The notes under the pieces: model-generated
Told to the model about the DNA's origin: nothing
Databases searched by the model: none
Seen by the model: the letters and a program-made list of their open reading frames with translations, nothing else
Part shown: in pieces, positions 62,358 to 64,000 of the stretch
How positions within the stretch are numbered: position 1 is the stretch's first letter
Layout of the letters: every line of letters begins with the position of its first letter
Position numbers and translations under genes: made by a program
NCBI GenBank assembly: GCA_963788905.1
Contig: CAWBIO010000008.1
Span: 129,022 to 193,021, forward strand
From: an uncultured Acidobacteriaceae bacterium
Lineage (GTDB): Bacteria > Acidobacteriota > Terriglobia > Terriglobales > Acidobacteriaceae
Reading direction: 5' to 3'
Length of the DNA stretch: 64,000 nucleotides

Positions 62358-62735
62358 TTTGCGCCTCCCTCAGCCGTTGTGCCCAAGGGCGAACGCATGT
62401 AAAGAGGCCCAGCCGAAGCCAGATTCGCTCGTTGACAAATCTTCCTTCAAGCAGGGGCAACCCCTTTCGAATGAATTAGGTGGGGACAAAAGCTTTGTTT
62501 TGAAATAGATCCGCGTGAGGCGAGAGCCAGGAGGGTAATACCTGACTCACGGTACCAAATCATGCCTGTGAAATGAATTAGTTGCCAGAGGCCCTGGGGG
62601 GAGGGGGTACCCCTCCCCGTTCACCGAGCCTGAAACAACGTTGACCGCGTCCGCCCCGCTCACAGGCCACGGGCTGCCGGCCGCAGGCTGCAGGCCGCCG
62701 GCTTCGATAGACCTCGCGAATGAGAGAATCCTGGA

Positions 62736-63899
62736 GTGAAGCACGTCGCTATTCTGGGTTCGACCGGCTCCATCGGCCAGAGCACGCTCAGTATCATTGA
62801 GAGCTTTCCTGACCGCTTCCGTATCGCCTCGCTCGCCGCCGGCCGCAACATCGACCTCGCGTTCGAACAGTGCGTGCGCTGGCATCCGCGCGTTGTCTCG
62901 ATGGCCACCGAAGAAGCGGCTTCCGAGCTCACCCGCCGCCTGCGCAAAGCCGGCGTAACCAGCACCGAAGTCGTCTTCGGCGCCGCAGGCACAGTCCGCA
63001 TTGCCACGCTGCCCGAAGTCGACTTCGTCGTCTCCGCCATCGTTGGAGTTGCCGGGCTCGAAGCTACGCATGCCGCGGTTCTTGCCGGCAAAACCATCGG
63101 CCTCGCGAATAAAGAAGCCATGGTCGCTGCCGGCGAAATCCTCACCGCCGCGGCGCGCGAAAAGAACGTCGCGCTGCTGCCCATCGACTCCGAACACAAC
63201 GCGATTCATCAATGCATGCGCGCTGGACGCCGCAGCGAAGTGCGCCAAATCTGGCTCACCGCATCGGGCGGTCCTTTCCGCACGCTGCCCGCGTCAGAGT
63301 TCCACAAAATCACCGTGGAACAAGCCCTGCATCACCCAACATGGGTCATGGGGCGTCGCATCACGATCGACTCCGCAACGCTGCTCAACAAAGGCCTTGA
63401 GATTATTGAAGCCTGCCGCCTTTTCGATCTGCCACCTTCAGCCATCAAGGTCACGGTTCATCCGCAGTCGACCGTGCATTCGCTGGTCGAATATGTCGAC
63501 GGCAGTCTGCTCGCGCAGATCTCCGTCACCGACATGCGTCTGCCCATCCTTTATGCGCTGAGTTATCCGGAGCGTGTGCCATCGGATCTGCGCTTCGACA
63601 TGGCCTCGCTTTCCGACCTCCATTTCGAGCCGCCAGACCTCGAGCGCTTCCCGTGTTTGCGTCTTGCTTATCAGGCCGCCGAGAAGGGCGGCGCGCACCC
63701 AATCGCCCTTAATGCCGCCGACGAGGTTGCCGTCCAGGCCTTCCTCGAAGGAGTCATTCCCTTTACCGGGATTCCAGCTACAATAGAGCGGGTACTCGAG
63801 ACAACTCCGGAAACGCACCCGGCTACCATTCAGGAAGTTCTCGCGCTGGACTGTCAGTCGCGGGAAATGGCGCGGGAGGCTCTGGCTGGTCGTTCCTGA
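62736..63899 (+). CDS. dxr: 1-deoxy-D-xylulose-5-phosphate reductoisomerase
   Basis: 387-aa ORF with GTG start. MKHVAILGSTGSIGQSTL...LANKEAMV...LPIDSEHNAIHQC...LTASGGPFR...NKGLEIIEA.... Confidence 0.95.
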   Translation: MKHVAILGSTGSIGQSTLSIIESFPDRFRIASLAAGRNIDLAFEQCVRWHPRVVSMATEEAASELTRRLRKAGVTSTEVVFGAAGTVRIATLPEVDFVVSAIVGVAGLEATHAAVLAGKTIGLANKEAMVAAGEILTAAAREKNVALLPIDSEHNAIHQCMRAGRRSEVRQIWLTASGGPFRTLPASEFHKITVEQALHHPTWVMGRRITIDSATLLNKGLEIIEACRLFDLPPSAIKVTVHPQSTVHSLVEYVDGSLLAQISVTDMRLPILYALSYPERVPSDLRFDMASLSDLHFEPPDLERFPCLRLAYQAAEKGGAHPIALNAADEVAVQAFLEGVIPFTGIPATIERVLETTPETHPATIQEVLALDCQSREMAREALAGRS

Positions 63900-63954
63900 G
63901 TCGCGCCGCCTTCTGTATGCAAAAGTTCTCGCCCGTTTCGCCAAAGCGCTGAAT

Positions 63955-64000
63955 ATGCCATTTGCCGTCATCGCAACCGTTTCTTTCCTGCTTGTGCTCG
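63955..64000 (+). CDS. Start of a membrane protein, possibly RseP-type zinc metalloprotease (partial)
   Basis: ATG 63955 followed by MPFAVIATVSFLLVL.... Only 15 codons are visible. The call rests on the usual cdsA-dxr-rseP synteny. Confidence 0.3.
   Translation, partial: MPFAVIATVSFLLVL

Noticed and set aside
62224-62460. 78-aa minus-strand ORF in the arsR-dxr spacer
   Set aside because: It is Arg-rich, has no RBS and contains the terminator hairpin within it. No family resemblance.

Overview
High-GC (about 60%) bacterial chromosomal segment with roughly 60 protein-coding genes. I found no rRNA, tRNA, CRISPR array or transposase. The gene content suggests an Acidobacteriota-like soil heterotroph: many TolC/RND genes, GH15 and GH144-like glycosidases, DUF-rich membrane proteins and 'GTCATCC...' hairpin repeats. 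That assignment is inference only.

Gene order, left to right:
- A translationally coupled TolC-like OMP / PhnD-like binding protein / HAMP kinase / receiver operon (1-4787, minus).
- A TetR-controlled MFP-RND-NodT efflux operon (5259-11897).
- A six-gene minus-strand cluster of membrane and redox proteins of unknown role (11960-15671).
- A complete hoxEFUYH-hoxW NAD-linked [NiFe]-hydrogenase operon (15898-21270).
- An MDR-type dehydrogenase, a CrtI-like oxidoreductase, an SGNH hydrolase relic, Fe/Mn-SOD and vapBC.
- A plus-strand glucan-to-pentose-phosphate block: GH144-like, GH15, tkt, rpiB, HAD, gnd, zwf, pgl, glk (28553-40875).
- copCD, an overlapping xerD/xerC pair and ku.
- yggS/yggU and a PAS-GGDEF-EAL-CZB protein.
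- HAD-IB, a BtuF-like protein, mutT, mntH, a beta-propeller protein and lolE.
- parDE, a PLC-like protein and cdsA.
- An arsC-arsM / arsR cassette wedged between cdsA and dxr, then the start of rseP.

The most striking property of the window is at least 17 reading-frame breaks in 10 otherwise recognisable genes. The hits include sod, zwf and the RND pump. They are strongly clustered, with at least 5 in one SGNH gene. One gene has a compensated double shift that leaves its ORF open. I cannot tell from sequence alone whether this is sequencing/assembly indel error or real gene decay.

No single obviously novel defence-type or mobile system was found. The best candidates for undescribed biology are the OMP-SBP-kinase operon, the DoxX/AhpD/DUF4386/DUF1566 cluster next to the hox operon with its perfect shared palindrome, and the Cys-tailed ars cassette.
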